The notes under the pieces were generated by a model. It did not search any database, had not been told where the DNA came from, and worked only from the letters and a program-made list of their open reading frames with translations. Both the position numbers and the translations under genes were made by a program. Shown here one piece after another: positions 20,501 to 38,968 of a stretch of DNA of 64,000 nt. Each line of letters begins with the position of its first letter. The first letter of the stretch is position 1. The DNA lies in contig OZ037767.1 of assembly GCA_964035545.1 (NCBI GenBank), forward strand, positions 30,024,628-30,088,627, written 5' to 3'. The DNA comes from Bugula neritina. Taxonomy: Eukaryota > Animalia > Bryozoa.

Positions 20501-23500
20501 TACTTGGAGGGCAGCTACAATTCTTTCTTAGGACCTAGAGTTTTCGAAAAAATACTTTTTCATGTCCAACTTTCATTTGAAAAAATTAAAGAATGTACTG
20601 TACAATACCAGCCCGATTTCTATTCCACAAAACTCCACTGTTTCAGGTGCCCGGCCAGGGAGCCCCATAGAGGTGAACAACCCGTACATGGCATACTATA
20701 TGGAGCAGTTGAAGGCATACCAGAACCTTCTCAACCCTTACCAACCAGTAAACAGTAACAATATGCAGCAGAGTGACTGGGGCCAGCAGGGCTTGACGTG
20801 TGCTTCAAAATCATGTAACAGAGAAAGAAATCAGCCCAACTATTCAGAGAGTACTACAACTAATAGTAAGTAATACAACTAAAAGTAGATACTACAATAT
20901 TAGGTACTGTAAGAATTGCACTAGTACAACCATGTGGCGTGTCCACAGGCAACAGTACTCAGAGTATAATATATGTTCACAGGCAATACCAATCCTGAGT
21001 GCTCATCAAGTGTAAAAAGTAGTTTGAAAGGACCAGTAAATCCGAACAGCTACTATCAAATGGCACAAGCGTACCAACACACACTAGAGAATATGAATAG
21101 AATGCACGCACAGTTCCAGAATGTTCCACAGAACAGAGTTGTACAGTCAGGTGAGTGAATGAGTTGTATAGCCAGGTGAGTGAATGAGCTGTATAGTCAG
21201 GTGAGTGAATGAGTGGCAGAGTCAGGTGAGTGAGTTGTAGAGTCAGGTGAGTGAATGAGTTGTAGAGTCAGGTGAGTGAGTGAGTTGTAGAGACAGGTGG
21301 GTGAATGAGTTGTACAGTCAGGTGAGTGGATGAGTTGCAGAGACAGGTGAGTGGATGAGTTGCAGAGACAGGTGAGTGGATGAGTTGCAGAGACAGGTGA
21401 GTGAATGAGTTGTACAGACAGGTGAGTGAATGAGCGCATATTGTGACTCCAGCCACTATACAAACTACTATACAAGCTACTATACAAGCTACTATACAAA
21501 CTACTATACAAGCTACTATACAAGCTACTATACAAGCTACTATACAAGCTACTATACAAGCTACTATACAAGCTACTATACAAGCTACTATACAAGCTAC
21601 TATACAAGTAACTACACAACACGAGTATAGCATAACATAATGTGATATTGTAGATGCGAGACGGTGTAACCAACACGACTACAACACGTCAAGCACACAG
21701 GATACGGATATCAACTCTTTCAGTAGCTGCTAGATGTTGGTATCCAGTCAGATGTGCATGGAGAGGGGACAATTCCAGATATTAACACTTTTAGTTTACA
21801 TTGTGTAGTGGTGTTTACCGGAAATAAAATTATATGTAAACTAGTTACACTAAACTGTTTTATTGTACATTTACACTCATTTTTCTGAAGAAATAGCATA
21901 ATGAAAATACTTAGTACAAAATATCTAAAACAATAACCTTCCCTTCCTCTCTCTGAATACACGGACAGTATGCACTGCATATCATAATGTTCTACAGTAG
22001 AGGTTTAGTTGTATGAAAGTGAGGCTGTGTGTATGAAAGAGAGCCTGTGTATACGAAAGAAAGGCTGTGTATACGAAAGAGAGGCTGACTCACCAGCACA
22101 CGCTTCTTCACGTCTGTCATTCCGTAGTGATCCTCATCTAGTATGGTCTTGGCAGCAGACAGGTCAAAACTATCTTCACTGCAGACGCCCCACGGCAGCA
22201 CCGTCAGCCAATCCAAGTAGTTTCGTGTGACACTGCACAAGGAAGACTTTTAGTGTTTACTCTAATATGTGTTTATACTGATGAAGATAGTCAGGTGAAA
22301 AAATACAAACTAAACATTAGTTAATTTTGAATAGTAATTTTTACCCGAAAGTCAAACAATTTGAAAACTGTTACCAGAAGCCACACATGTAAAATAAAAA
22401 ATCTTTCACAGTTCGTGGATTGATAGCTGATGAAGGAGCAATAAGTAAAATAAGTTACTTGAATTCGGAAGATTGTGGGTCCAGAAATCCAAGTTTATTA
22501 AACTCTTCATCCATGACTTGTTGAGCATGATCTGGGATTGTCTTACCCTAGACAGGGAAACACAACTCTATATTATTGCAGGAATGTATAGTAAACGAAG
22601 TGATGAAAAGATGAAGATGACATGATTACATGCTGACAAGGGGACATAACTGCCACATAACTATATGCTGTCACGTCTGCGTCACATCTAAATTGGACTG
22701 TTTGCTGCTGGACCAGCACAAAGTAGTACCAGGTAGAACCAGGTAATACCAGGTAGTACTAGGTAGAAATACCTCTAGCCTCTTTCTCAGTTTCTCCTCA
22801 ATAGCTTGCTTGTCATCTTTCTCGATGCCGAGCTCCTTCTTGATGACCTTGAGCTGCTCCTGCAGCATGTACTTCCTGTGCTGCTTCTGCACCTTCTGCT
22901 CGACCTCTTTGCCGATCTTCTGCTGCAACTTACTCAACTCATACTCCTTTTTCAGGAGAGATAAACTCAGCATCAGACGGTCCGGGATGTCCCGCTCCTC
23001 CAGCACTGCCTGCAGCTCTTTACTGTCCCCTGAGCTCAGGGCAGCACCTGTATTATAAGATATATCAGAGTGACTGACACGGCATCTCATCTCATTGGCT
23101 GCTGTAAGCTATTCAACCAATCAAATTGGCTTCAAAAAATTCAAATGCTCACTAAAAATGTTGTGGTAAAAACATTAAAATATAACATATTATAGACAAG
23201 GACTTACTTCAACTGTAGTAGAAAAATATTACCATAAAGTTCTGTTAACATTGCAAAAAGAATACAGCTAAAGTTTAGCGGAGTACCTAAGTCAGAGAGG
23301 TAGGCTGGGTTGTCTATAGCCCGCTGTCCACTTTGCATGAGCTGTGCTACTGATTCCTTGTACAGAGGGTTGAGTGTAATGATGTCTCTAATAGTTTTCA
23401 CCAACTCAGCCGTCAACGCCTGCAACACAAGATATGCTGCCAGTCAATAGGCTGCCACAGCCCGACACACGGTACAGGTGGTTGGAGGACAGAAAGTGAA

Positions 23501-26472
23501 GCCCTTCAATACAGAAGGAGTTTTGAGACTCTGCGAGTTACTCAAGTCTTGAGAAGTTAAAAAAATTGTGAAATATTTAATCAAATGAATTTAAAAAGCT
23601 ATTATCATTTGCTAGACGGATGTTCATATTGGTGTGTGACCCACTTTGACTTCCGAGCTGTGTTTGAAAGGGTGGTGTTTGATATTTCTGGTTATGGCGA
23701 TCAGCTTGGGGCCAGAATCTTCCGTTTCACCAAACAGAACGTCAACAGTTGGTGGACCCTTGTTGTCAGCGAGTCTGGGTATGATGTCGGAGTTGTCTGT
23801 CACTGCTGTCAGTATAAGAATGAGAATAAGTTGTTATATAGGACAAAATACTTACAGAGAAACAGACAAAGACTGTCAACAGTTAGAAACAGTTAATAAT
23901 GTTGATGCAAATTGGGATTAGACTAAAAAATGGAAAGAATTTCTTTACTTGATCTAAATCTTACAAACTTGTAGCAACTTTTGTGAGGGCTATCAATATG
24001 TACATAAATTATTGAAAGCTGCGAGCTTTCGTATTAGAATATTTCTATAACATTTACAAATAATAGCGAGTGTACATGTATACATGATAGTGACTAAGAG
24101 ATGAGTCATGATAGTTACCTGGAGATGAGTCATCACTGCCATCTGCGGAGCTGCCGTCAGCATCTTTAGGTTGCATAGGAGTTGTCTTATTCTGCTCTTC
24201 GTAGATGCTCCCCTGAGCTTCTGTCACCAGATCCGTGATCTCAACTCTGAATTATCATACAACTCAAAGTACCATCTGAATGTATGTGTTTTGTGGCAGC
24301 TTACATTCTATACTAGTTAGCAATTGTAAACATACTGAGTAATTTAAAATGTGCTAATTCAATAATCTTAAGTGACCATCAGTCAAGCTCAGGCATCCTA
24401 AAGCTAACTGGAATTGCAAACCACAATTTTTACATAAATCATCTAATAATTATTGAATAGTCATTTGATTATTATACATACTTATATAATTTATATTATA
24501 TCTATCTACATAATTATTCATGTAATTTATATTCATTTATATTATACATATAAATTCATAAATGTATGACGTAAGAATATAATATAATTATTACAGTGTG
24601 GTTATGCTAGAGTTGAATACAATATAATATAATAACTATAGTGTAGTTATGCTAGAGTTGAATACAATAGAATACAGAACACAAACCGTCTATGCCCCAT
24701 TGCTATGAGCACCATTTTCCCACTCTCTATCATCTGCATCTCGTGTATCTTAACAAAGGTTCCCACAGAGTAGATGTCGTCTAAAGAGTTTACTACTTCA
24801 TCTGTGTTGCTGTAATGTCATCATAAACAGTGTATCGCCTACTGGGCTGACATTTTGATACTCTACTACACTGTGTGAATATTTAGATGTGTGTTAGTGG
24901 ACTTCTGCATTATGCATATCACTACAAACATTTGTTATTCTATCTTGGATAGCGCAATGCACACTGTGCTGTATACTATACCATGTTAGAAGACAAAACC
25001 ATGTCTAAAATCTACCATTTGGACGAATATTATGCATTTATAGGCCACTGTCCCCCTCTATTATAGAATTTGTTTCCCAGGTGCTCACAACCCATGATAA
25101 TTATATTGAGTAGAGTTCATACATTCTAATGGCAAGGTATACGGAGACAGAAGATAGTATGACTCATCTATTAGTTATGACTCACTTGTCGTCTCTCTTC
25201 ATAAACACGGCAGCATATCCCATTCCAAGATCTACTCGCTTCTTGATTAAACTCTGTAGACTTTTGTCGTGTATCTGTGAATATATATGACCTCTATATG
25301 ACCTCTACATTAGCTGAATACTTAGGAACAGTTTCATCACAACAGCCAGTGAGTGGAGAACACAATGTGCAGCATAGACACTAGCTAAGGCTGCTCAGTT
25401 TATACGAAATACTCAGCATGGACTTAGAACACACTCAGTAGAAACCCTTACAGTTCTCTCTGACAACATCATTACATTAAACATAGTAACTGATACGAGA
25501 ATAATAGCCACAAGTAGTTACACAAAGTCTGTTATATAACTACTAGCGTCCTACTCACTTCTATCATTTTGATAAACTTGGGAAATATAGGATTTCTCCG
25601 AATAGCTATAATGGGTAGAACAGGGAGATTATCTGGCACAGTCATGGGAGAGAGGGCTACGGTGAAGGAAGGGCCAGAGGCTATGTTATCAGCCCCTCCG
25701 GTATCCTCCACTATCTGCGCATTGTTATCATCGTCATCATCTCCCTCACCATCTCCGCCATTATTGCTCTCCCCACCATCATCTCCGGCATCAGCAGATC
25801 TGCTGTCCCCTGTGACAGCAAAGTATCAGTCACTGATACTGTAACTCACACTGATACTATAGCTCACACTGGTACTGTAACTCACACTGATACTATCTCA
25901 CACTGATACTGTGACTCACACTGATACTATAACTCACACTGATACTGTAACTCACACTGATACTGTAACTCACACTGATACTGTAACTCACACTGATACT
26001 GTAACTCACATCAATACTATAACTCACACTAATACTGTAACTCACACTAATACTGTAACTCATACTGGTATTGTAAGTCACACTGATACTGTTACTCACA
26101 CTGATACTATAACTCACACTGATACTATAACTTAGACTGAAAGAATTATGATACAAATCCATTAGCAAGAATTTGAATCATTTACTATACAAATACTTTT
26201 CGCCTTAGCAAGGGTAACTTATACCTCACGGTAAGATTGTATACTAGAGTAGATGATGGTTATTTGAAGTTACAACTCAACAAACCTTTGAAACTTCTCT
26301 TAAAATGATATGTTGAAGTTGTGAAAGGTTGACTATATGACTGCCTTGGAGCAAATTCTGGCATATTTCTACTCCATATTGATAATGCTGAGGTGGTGTA
26401 TGTAGCTTTACACTTGCTAGAAATTGTTTGCCGCAATAATCGAAGTGAAAGTCGTGTAGGAAATCGTTGCAT
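13779..26472 (-). CDS. LONP1: Lon protease homolog, mitochondrial; ~20 coding exons
   Basis: Arg/Ser/Leu-rich presequence-like start ([15 protein letters not shown]); N-domain [11 protein letters not shown]; Walker [10 protein letters not shown]; [13 protein letters not shown]; Walker B LILIDEVDKLG; ESGVRNL; catalytic PKDGPSAG (Ser) and PVGGIKEK (Lys); stop after ...IFLNTP at 13779-13781. Confidence 0.97.
14382..14608. repeat. (AGT)n/(AGC)n trinucleotide repeat filling LONP1 intron 14369-14615
   Basis: Directly visible between exons ending HLHVPE and starting [11 protein letters not shown]. Confidence 0.95.
15953..16303 (-). repeat. 28-bp minisatellite (~12 copies) that copies the LONP1 3' splice site at 15956/15955
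   Basis: Unit on the - strand is ATATTATATTACACGTACCTGTACGTAG; the last unit ends at the true acceptor before IYRKAAF. Confidence 0.94.
17861..18000. repeat. 28-bp minisatellite (TAACATGGGAGTTGTCATACACTACCTC, ~5 copies), LONP1 intron
   Basis: Directly visible. Confidence 0.9.
18917..21733 (+). CDS. Nested antisense gene, 345-aa low-complexity (N/S/Q/P/Y-rich) uncharacterised protein; exons 18917-18973, 19719-20055, 20193-20369, 20647-20865, 20983-21150, 21654-21733
   Basis: Six GT-AG exons total 1038 nt with matching phases (0,1,1,1,1) and no internal stop; ATG in GCAATGG context; AATAAA at 21823-21828; lies wholly within LONP1 intron 18246-22093. Confidence 0.78.
21136..21608 (+). repeat. 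~25-bp donor-copying minisatellite (GAGTTGTACAGTCAG|GTGAGTGAAT, ~12 copies, 21136-21432) plus a 12-bp CTACTATACAAG array (21454-21608)
   Basis: Directly visible; together they fill most of the last intron of the nested gene. Confidence 0.93.
25829..26135. repeat. 18-bp minisatellite (CACTGATACTGTAACTCA, ~17 copies), LONP1 first coding intron
   Basis: Directly visible. Confidence 0.93.
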
Positions 26473-27244
26473 TATTGGATAACCCTGCAATGCCAAATAT
26501 TGGTAAAAGCACTCGACCCTACAAGCTACTATGCCTATTGTATGCAATACAGCACAAAGCAACTGCTATGAGATGCACTACAATCATAATGAACAAGTAA
26601 ATTACAACTGGCTCATATTACTTGTATTTGGTTTATTATCAATATTTATTTTATTGCAAAATTGTAGATTATTTTGGTTTCAACTACATTAACATGAATA
26701 ATTATTTACCTACCACAATTTTCCCAACTCAAGTTGTGAACATAATAATTCATGATTACAATTACAAGTTCAAGAGACAACAGTATAATAGAATAAGAAT
26801 GAGTATAGACAACAATTTAGTATTACTATTAGTGCTTAGTAGTAGCAGAAATAAATGTATAATTAATTTAATTATATTCATTAAATAAAATCATAGTGGA
26901 CAAATATTGAGATAAATAACAAAAGCCATAGAAGATCAAGAAGAGCTACTAGGGTACAATCACAATGTTAGCAAAGAATTAGCAATTCTAATAGCAATAC
27001 TCATACTATCTTACTAATAGTAATACAAAGTCTAATATCAATACTGTAAGTGTAATACTAATAGTAAAACTAAATGTAATAATTTGTCAAAAGTGAACTT
27101 AGCATCGAATTCAAATAAGATAAAGATACAGTTGCTCGAACTTTTAAAAAGGCTTCAACATAATTTATAATTGATATGTTTTTGCAACATCTCAGCATTT
27201 TGCACATCACTTTTGAGCAAAGTTTCCAGCGTTTTAAAGCAACT

Positions 27245-27760
27245 TTTACTACTACTACTAGTACTAGTACTACGACTACGAGTACGTCTACTCAGCCTCA
27301 TTACCTATACTTATAGTTATAGTCATAGTAATAGTCATAGTCATACTGATACTCATACTGGCTAAAACTAAAAGTACGTATCATCAGACTGATACTCCAA
27401 GTCTATACTTTATACTCCATGACTATGTCTATAGTAATACTAATACTAATAGTAATACTAATACTAATACTTATACTAATTATTAGTATAAGTATTAGGC
27501 TGATACTCATATGGCTGTATTAGTATTACTATTACTATTAGTAAACTAATAGTAATAGTAATACTAATAGTAATAGTAATAGTAATACTAATACTAATAG
27601 TAATAGTATCAGTATGACATTGACTATCACTATCAATTGAAATTGAGTATGGCTATGAGTATCAATTATTACAATCAGCATCACTATCAGTATGACTCGT
27701 ATCACTATCAGCCATATGATATAACTGAGTATCACTATTACGATTATTAGTATTAGTACT
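27245..27760. repeat. Degenerate (ACT/AGT/AAT)-type tri/hexanucleotide low-complexity tract between divergent LONP1 and MAN1B1
   Basis: Runs such as TAGTAATACTAATACTAATAGT; similar tracts occur at 28060-28500 and 37590-37990. Confidence 0.75.
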
Positions 27761-29242
27761 TATATAAACATTTGCAAACCATTTACATGACTTTTACTAC
27801 AGGAACAGCAAAAGACTTAGATTACATCAGCAATATTTTTGGTTCACAACGACATATTTATAAAAATAAGAAATTTTTTAAACTAAAAAAAATATAAAAC
27901 AAAAAAATGTAAATATTTCAAGATTGCACAATATCATGATATGTGTGTTGAATCAATTATGTATATTAATCAATGCCGGTATAGTAATTGCAACACAACA
28001 TTTCCTGTGTGAACTATGCAGAAAACATTGATCGTAATAATCATAATCATTATGCAATTCATTCAATTACTAATAGTAATACTAATACTAATAATAATAG
28101 TGTGATGCTAATAGTAACAGCAATAATTATAATTGTAGTGTTTTGTTGCATGGCATTGGTATTGCAGTAAAAAAGTAAAATAATCAAAAGTGAGAAATAT
28201 TTTTCCTTAAGCTTAAAGCTAAGGAAGCTTTTTTTCATTTTCATTTTGGTATTTTAATTTTAAAGTATAACTTAAACTATAACTAACTCTAAGTCTATTA
28301 CTAGTAATAGTAATGCTAATAATAATACAGATACTATAAATATAAGTATTTCAATTTATATTTATTTAATACTACTACTATCAGTATTAGTATTACTGTA
28401 CCTTAGTGTGTAGCAACTAGCTCTAACAGTAACTAATAGTAATGGACAATGGTACTCATAGTAATGTCATACTCATAGTCATACTGTTAATTTTATTGCT
28501 AGTAAAATAAATATAATACTAATATATTTTTGGTAAATCATTATCAGGAGCTGCTGCAAGCACAATTTTTAATTGACTAGCACACACAGTGTGTTTTTGC
28601 AATTTGAATTCTGGAAAAAAATCACTTGCTTTGATGATTTTAGCTCAACTAGTACTACTGTACCCACGTTCTTCATTTTTAGCTATCGCATTTATTGTAA
28701 ACATAATATGCTTACTAATCTTTCGTTATCCAATCTGTTCCTATGTTGATGTTTACTCGTAGAAATTTTATTTTTAGATTAATTTATCTGTTCAAAGCCA
28801 CAAAGGTCTCAACTGATAATCCAGGATTTAAAGAAAAGTCTTTAGTTCATGCATTTAAAACATGCAAGATGTTTTAGGGTGCCAACTCTAGACAATTTTC
28901 ATTTGATTTTGTGATTTGGGAAAAAAATGGTGCACCAGCAGAAAAATTCAGTTTGAATTGCTATCCATACTTCTGACCATAACATAAACTCCATGACTGT
29001 TATTACATTCCACTGAGTATTAGCTATTGGCAATATTATTTTGGTTGGTGTGAAATATTGTGAGTTGTGTCATCTGTAGTGATCTGCAATTTTCAAGTAT
29101 ATTATATTAATTGTCAATATCATCTAAAAGCAAGAAGTATCTACAGCTTTGTGTTAAAGTCTTTGGAGCTTCCCTGCTCTAATAATAAAGAATGTGTAAA
29201 CAAACAAGCATTTAGAAAAAGCTCCCAATAGAAAGAATAAAT

Positions 29243-33942
<4,700 letters not shown>

Positions 33943-34823
33943 TAGTTAGTAACAACTTTCACTCAGTGACTAGTTATTAGTACTATTTGATTAACTGGTT
34001 ATGAATACAGTCACTAGTATATTATGTACAGTATGTCACTAGTACATAACATAACATAATACATGACTCTTTATCAAGAGTAATGGGTACTATATAGATA
34101 ATACTTAGGTTTTACAGATAATCGCTACTCTATGAAGAACTACCAGTATTATTATCCAATATCTAAGTTTTACTCGATTACTTCACTTATGCACAATAAC
34201 TGTACGTATTCATATTTTTACTGCAACTTATGTAAGCAAGTTGAACTATAAATATTTGTTCTATTATAAATTTTGTGTAGTCCAACTGCAGTTGAATTGA
34301 TTACTGTTCACTGATGTATTAATTTATTTCTTTCTCTATTTTATATCAAGGGTTGGCTGTTGGAGGTTTTCATTACGCAATGCTCAGAATGTAGTTTAGT
34401 TTTAATAAAAGTCCCTTCTTATTGCAACATGACAGTCCGATCTTATTGCAGTATAAAAGTGTGGGACTGTTTATATGCATCAGTTGAAAAAACTCTTCTG
34501 GTGTAAATTTGTTTTACTAGCTATTGACTGGAATTGACAACTATTTAAGTTATTTTCTAGTAATTTATTGCAGCTAGTTGACTTTACAATCTGGTCAATA
34601 CCATCAAACCATAAGGTTCTGTTCTAGCATCAATATTTGACCTGCTGAGAATTATATTACAGCAAGAAAGGTGTCTTTCATAAACTATAAAATGATATTT
34701 TACTTCTGTGACAGTAACAAGCATATTCAATATAGTAATGTATTTATTACATGAAATAAAGTGGGAGAATCACATCACTTAGGGGCAATAGAAAGATAAA
34801 AAAATAAATAACTCTACTAACAT

Positions 34824-37800
34824 TCAAGCAGTTGTGTCCATTGCAATATTGTCAGATTCTGTATTGTGTTTAGACAGAGTGGTGAGGAATTTCTCAAATG
34901 ACTCAATGTAAGGCTTTAAGCTAGTCTTCTTGTAATCTAGCAGGTTCCCCTCCCCCTTCCACACCGCCAACTGCTCAGTGAGGTCATGCAGTGTTGGCAC
35001 CTAAACAATCAACAGCGAGTCAATATTCTACATCGTTAGTAAGGGAGAGAACAACTCTACTGGCATAGTGGGAGTATGCTTACCTTGAAAGGATCAAATG
35101 TGTCCACATGGTTGATGTCAATAGGCACACAGACTCTGCCCGTCTTTGGGTGGATGCAGAAAGGACTCTTCAACAAGTGGTTGACCCCCTTGCTCACATT
35201 AACATCTAGCCTGGGGTACGTGTACTGCAACATTATCTCTTTCATCTACAGAGTAGAGTACATTCTATTGGGGAACAAAACTCGTAAAAGGAAGTCATAA
35301 CAGAAAGCTGCCTGCCCATGAAGGCATAAAAATAAGCTAGAAAAATTATAACAGAAATTGCCGGCCTGTGTTCATAAAGAGACAAAATATAAGCATATTA
35401 AAAGAAAGAAAATATATTAGAAATATAAACCAGAACCAGGGTAAGTTTGGCAAATATAACATAGCATACAGAACTGGTCCATTACATGAGCTAGAAACTA
35501 ACATTGTGTGGCATCTCATGGAGAGGAGCACTGGTACAGACAGATCCCTCAGATGACATCCTCTTACAAAATATACCCTTCAGACATCCCCAGCGTAGTT
35601 TAGATGTTTCTCCAAACCCGTCCGTATCTTCCAGCTCTTTGATCAATGCCAAAACTTGCTCATCTGTTATCAGACCTGAGACAGCAAAGGCAGCATCAAA
35701 CATCTGTAACTGTTTTATAGGCAGTGGCAGCAAATAAAAATTCTTTGGATGAGATGTAGAAAAATATTATAACATTTTTTATTCATCAGGAAATTCATTA
35801 GATTAGTCTAGTGCTGTGCATCAACAATCCTATTTCTAGAGAGTCAATTATACATGAAATATCTTATATAGTAAAACTGACTTCTGAAATATCCAAATGC
35901 TTTTACTGGTGACTCTCGCGTAAATCTATAGTTACTATGTTTATTAAATTATTTTCTCAGTTGAGCTGCCACATTCAGTAACTGTAACTCAAAGGAGCTG
36001 TAAATTCTTTAAAGTTTTTACTTCACAGCTGCAAAGAACTTCTCTCATCAACTATGAGCTTTTATATTACTACTAACTATTAATACAACTGGAAATTGTA
36101 AAATCGTTGGTTGAATTAACTGTCAAACTCATACTCACTTATTTTAACTCATAATTCTTCAACATAATCAAATGGATCACCAAGTTACCTATCTAGAGGC
36201 ATATTTATTATGTTTGGCACTAGTAGTACAATCACTATTCAAAAGAAACAACCACAAAGTACCTTTTAAAGTTTGGAATTGTTCTTCCGTGGAGAGAAGA
36301 TCCTGTCTATTGACAAAGTAGTCATCAAAATAGTCTGATATGATCTCCAGAGCTTTCCGAATGGACACATGCAGCTGGTTGTACTTTAGAATCACCTTCT
36401 TTTTCTATAAATAGACGAGATAGTAGCCACAGGGTTTCTATATATCTTGTTATATGTTTTCTTTAGGAAGACCCTCTGCCATTTATTCACTGAAAAATAA
36501 CGACTATAATTCTATTTTATTTGACCTTTCAGAACAGTAGACAGCTAAATGAATAATTATCATAATAATTCTTTATAAAAATTATATGATAACAATCTCA
36601 CCATGTTGGCACCACCTTTAACCAGACTGAGGTACTCAGCAACCGCCGCTCTAGCCGCAGCGCTGAGTTTTCGAGCTTTCTCGTCGCAGACCCAGCAGTG
36701 AACGCCTCTTCTACCAGAATACACCCAGAGCAAGTGTTTGAAACCAAAGTCCTCCGTTAATGCTCTGTGAATTATTTTTATGGCTATGGTCATCAGGGGC
36801 CAACAACTGCAAAAAAAGTATTTCAAACCAATAAATTAAATATCACATTTTAACAAATTAGACTAAAAATTAACACAAAAACCTTCCAAGACAAAGTTAA
36901 TGTTGTTCAACCTCAAACAGATGTCCGCTCCGGAGCAACAGCTACGAACATCATCATAATCTGTCATGTCGATGTCAAACACTAGCTCTTTGTACTGTGC
37001 AACAAATTCACCTGCCCGAACCATGTCACGCAGCTTGGGCTACAAAATATATTATTGCTCAGAGACTTTGAGATTTGTTTGTTAAATAACAGTTTATTGT
37101 ACAACTATATAGTCAGTTTTATACATCTAAAAATATGAAGAATGGATGTTGAAGTAAAATTACTGTACTATTAATTTAACTGTTAGTATTATAATTAGGC
37201 TCCTTATTTTCAAAGTTTCTTAAAAATCGGCATCAACGTGATAAAATTATATTAATAATTATTATAAATATAAACATAATGAAAATGTAAGCCATAATGA
37301 TAGAGATAATAATATAACTTACATGATAATTAACTATATTAATTAAATCGAGCATGCATGTCAATATAATAATCAATAATTAAAATTTTAACAATAAACC
37401 AAAAAATATAATTATAATATGCAAATTCAGTTTAATTATAAGTATAAATATAACTATACGCTAATCCAGTTTTACTAATTTATATTATAACTTGAAGTTG
37501 ATCAAGTGTAATAAATAAACTTGAATAATCATAATGATAATGATATCCACTCATGATGTTGATATTCATATTGATATAGATGATATTCATAATCAAATAC
37601 TAATAGTAATATTCATATTGATACTCTACTAGTACTAGCTGTAAGCTTTAGCTATATTTATTTAGTAAGCTTATAAGCTAACTCAACTGTAAGAAGAAAT
37701 AACTATGACTATTACTATACTCTATAGGCATAGCCACAGGATTAGCCTTAGCCCTTAGATATAGATTATAGGGTTAGTACTACTAGAAGTAGAACTATCA

Positions 37801-38316
37801 AATTAAAATTAAAATACAATTAGACTAAATAGTAAATTACTTTTATACTAATTAGTATTACTAACTAGTATTAATATTATTATATTAGTATTAATTAGAG
37901 CTAGACTAAGACTTACAGTTACTCTTATCCAAATTATTCTTAGAGTTACTGTTACACTTACTGTAGTGTTAGACTTAGAGTTAGTGACAGTTGGACATGG
38001 TTTTGGTTTAATAAAAATGAATTTGAATACATACTGAACACGTGTATACTGCACCAATATCTATTTTATAAGGACATTTAGATCTTATATCCTTTTCCAT
38101 CTCTGCCTGATCAGCATAGCTCCTGTATCTGAGGTAGATGTCGTCTTTCAACGTAAATGAAAACTCCCTATTTTTGAAATAATTAGGCCCAGAATCTTTG
38201 TATCTGAGCCATTTGAAATATTGTGTGAATGGAAAGAGTTTCTTATAATATATAGGCAAAAGCTCTGGCATCAGAGATGAGTCCCAGGAGTTACTAACTT
38301 CTACAGCTGGAGCCAT
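34824..38316 (-). CDS. PRIM1: DNA primase small (catalytic) subunit; 7 coding exons
   Basis: YYKKLFPF; [16 protein letters not shown]; [11 protein letters not shown]; catalytic [24 protein letters not shown]; [15 protein letters not shown]; [33 protein letters not shown]; stop after ...MDTTA. Confidence 0.97.
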
Positions 38317-38690
38317 TTGTGGATCTTTACTTCTCAAGTGTCGTGAAGTTCCAGATTTTTACAGTAATACTAATACTAATAGTAATTAGATTTCCCCGCC
38401 GTTCGGACAAACCAAGGGGGACGTACCTACATTGGCCACGCCTTTTTAAACACACTTGAATGTTATTTTTTTAAAAACAGTAAAATAAAACAAAATAAAA
38501 TAATTTAATTACTAAATAAAAATAGTAAACAATTACTGAATTTGTTATAGCATGACATCGTTGTTGGAGACTATAATTATTCGTCGCTTAGTAACATGTA
38601 ATCACTTGCGAAGCACCTGCTACTTGTAAACAGCTCTTTGCTACATCAAGAGATTTATTTTCGCCATTTCTTCATATTTTTCCGACGTAA
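38317..38690. promoter_or_regulatory. Compact bidirectional promoter, PRIM1 / ODAD1-like
   Basis: PRIM1 side: TTTCCCCGCC (E2F/GC-box-like, 38391-38400) and ATTGG-CCACGCC (CCAAT + KLF/Sp-like, ~38431-38442). ODAD side: X-box-like GTCGCTTAGTAAC (38583-38595), forkhead GTAAACA (~38525, ~38626) and a 5'UTR donor (GTAAGT) at ~38687. Confidence 0.55.
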
Positions 38691-38968
38691 GTAAGTTTCA
38701 TATTGTGCTATTATTATTTATAGAGCAATGAAAGTCATTGTGTTTATTAGAAGAATAGTTTATATATAGTGTAACTAGCTGCCTGACAGCAATGAAACTT
38801 GAATGATTAATTTAGTTCAATATTTATTTACAGGTTAATGGTGCTCATTTCTTGAACTCAAGTAATTGCAATGACTATTTGAATTATCTTAGTATTTATG
38901 TATGCTATTGTGCTGTACTTTTTTAATGCCATTTGACAGTAAAAGTGTAAGCAACACTATCTACAATC

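Noticed and set aside
21197-21676. IQAT/YYTS/LYSS/IVAC repeat ORFs resembling antifreeze or adhesive proteins
   Set aside because: A 12-bp minisatellite open in several frames, inside the nested gene's last intron, with no supporting start context; the gene closes in frame without it.
22810-25844. + strand ORFs at 22810, 23585, 23646 and 25569
   Set aside because: They are antisense shadows of LONP1 exons with no independent splice chain.
25893-26168. SYSISV / THTDTV repeat ORFs
   Set aside because: An 18-bp intronic minisatellite in LONP1; the flanking exons join in phase without it.
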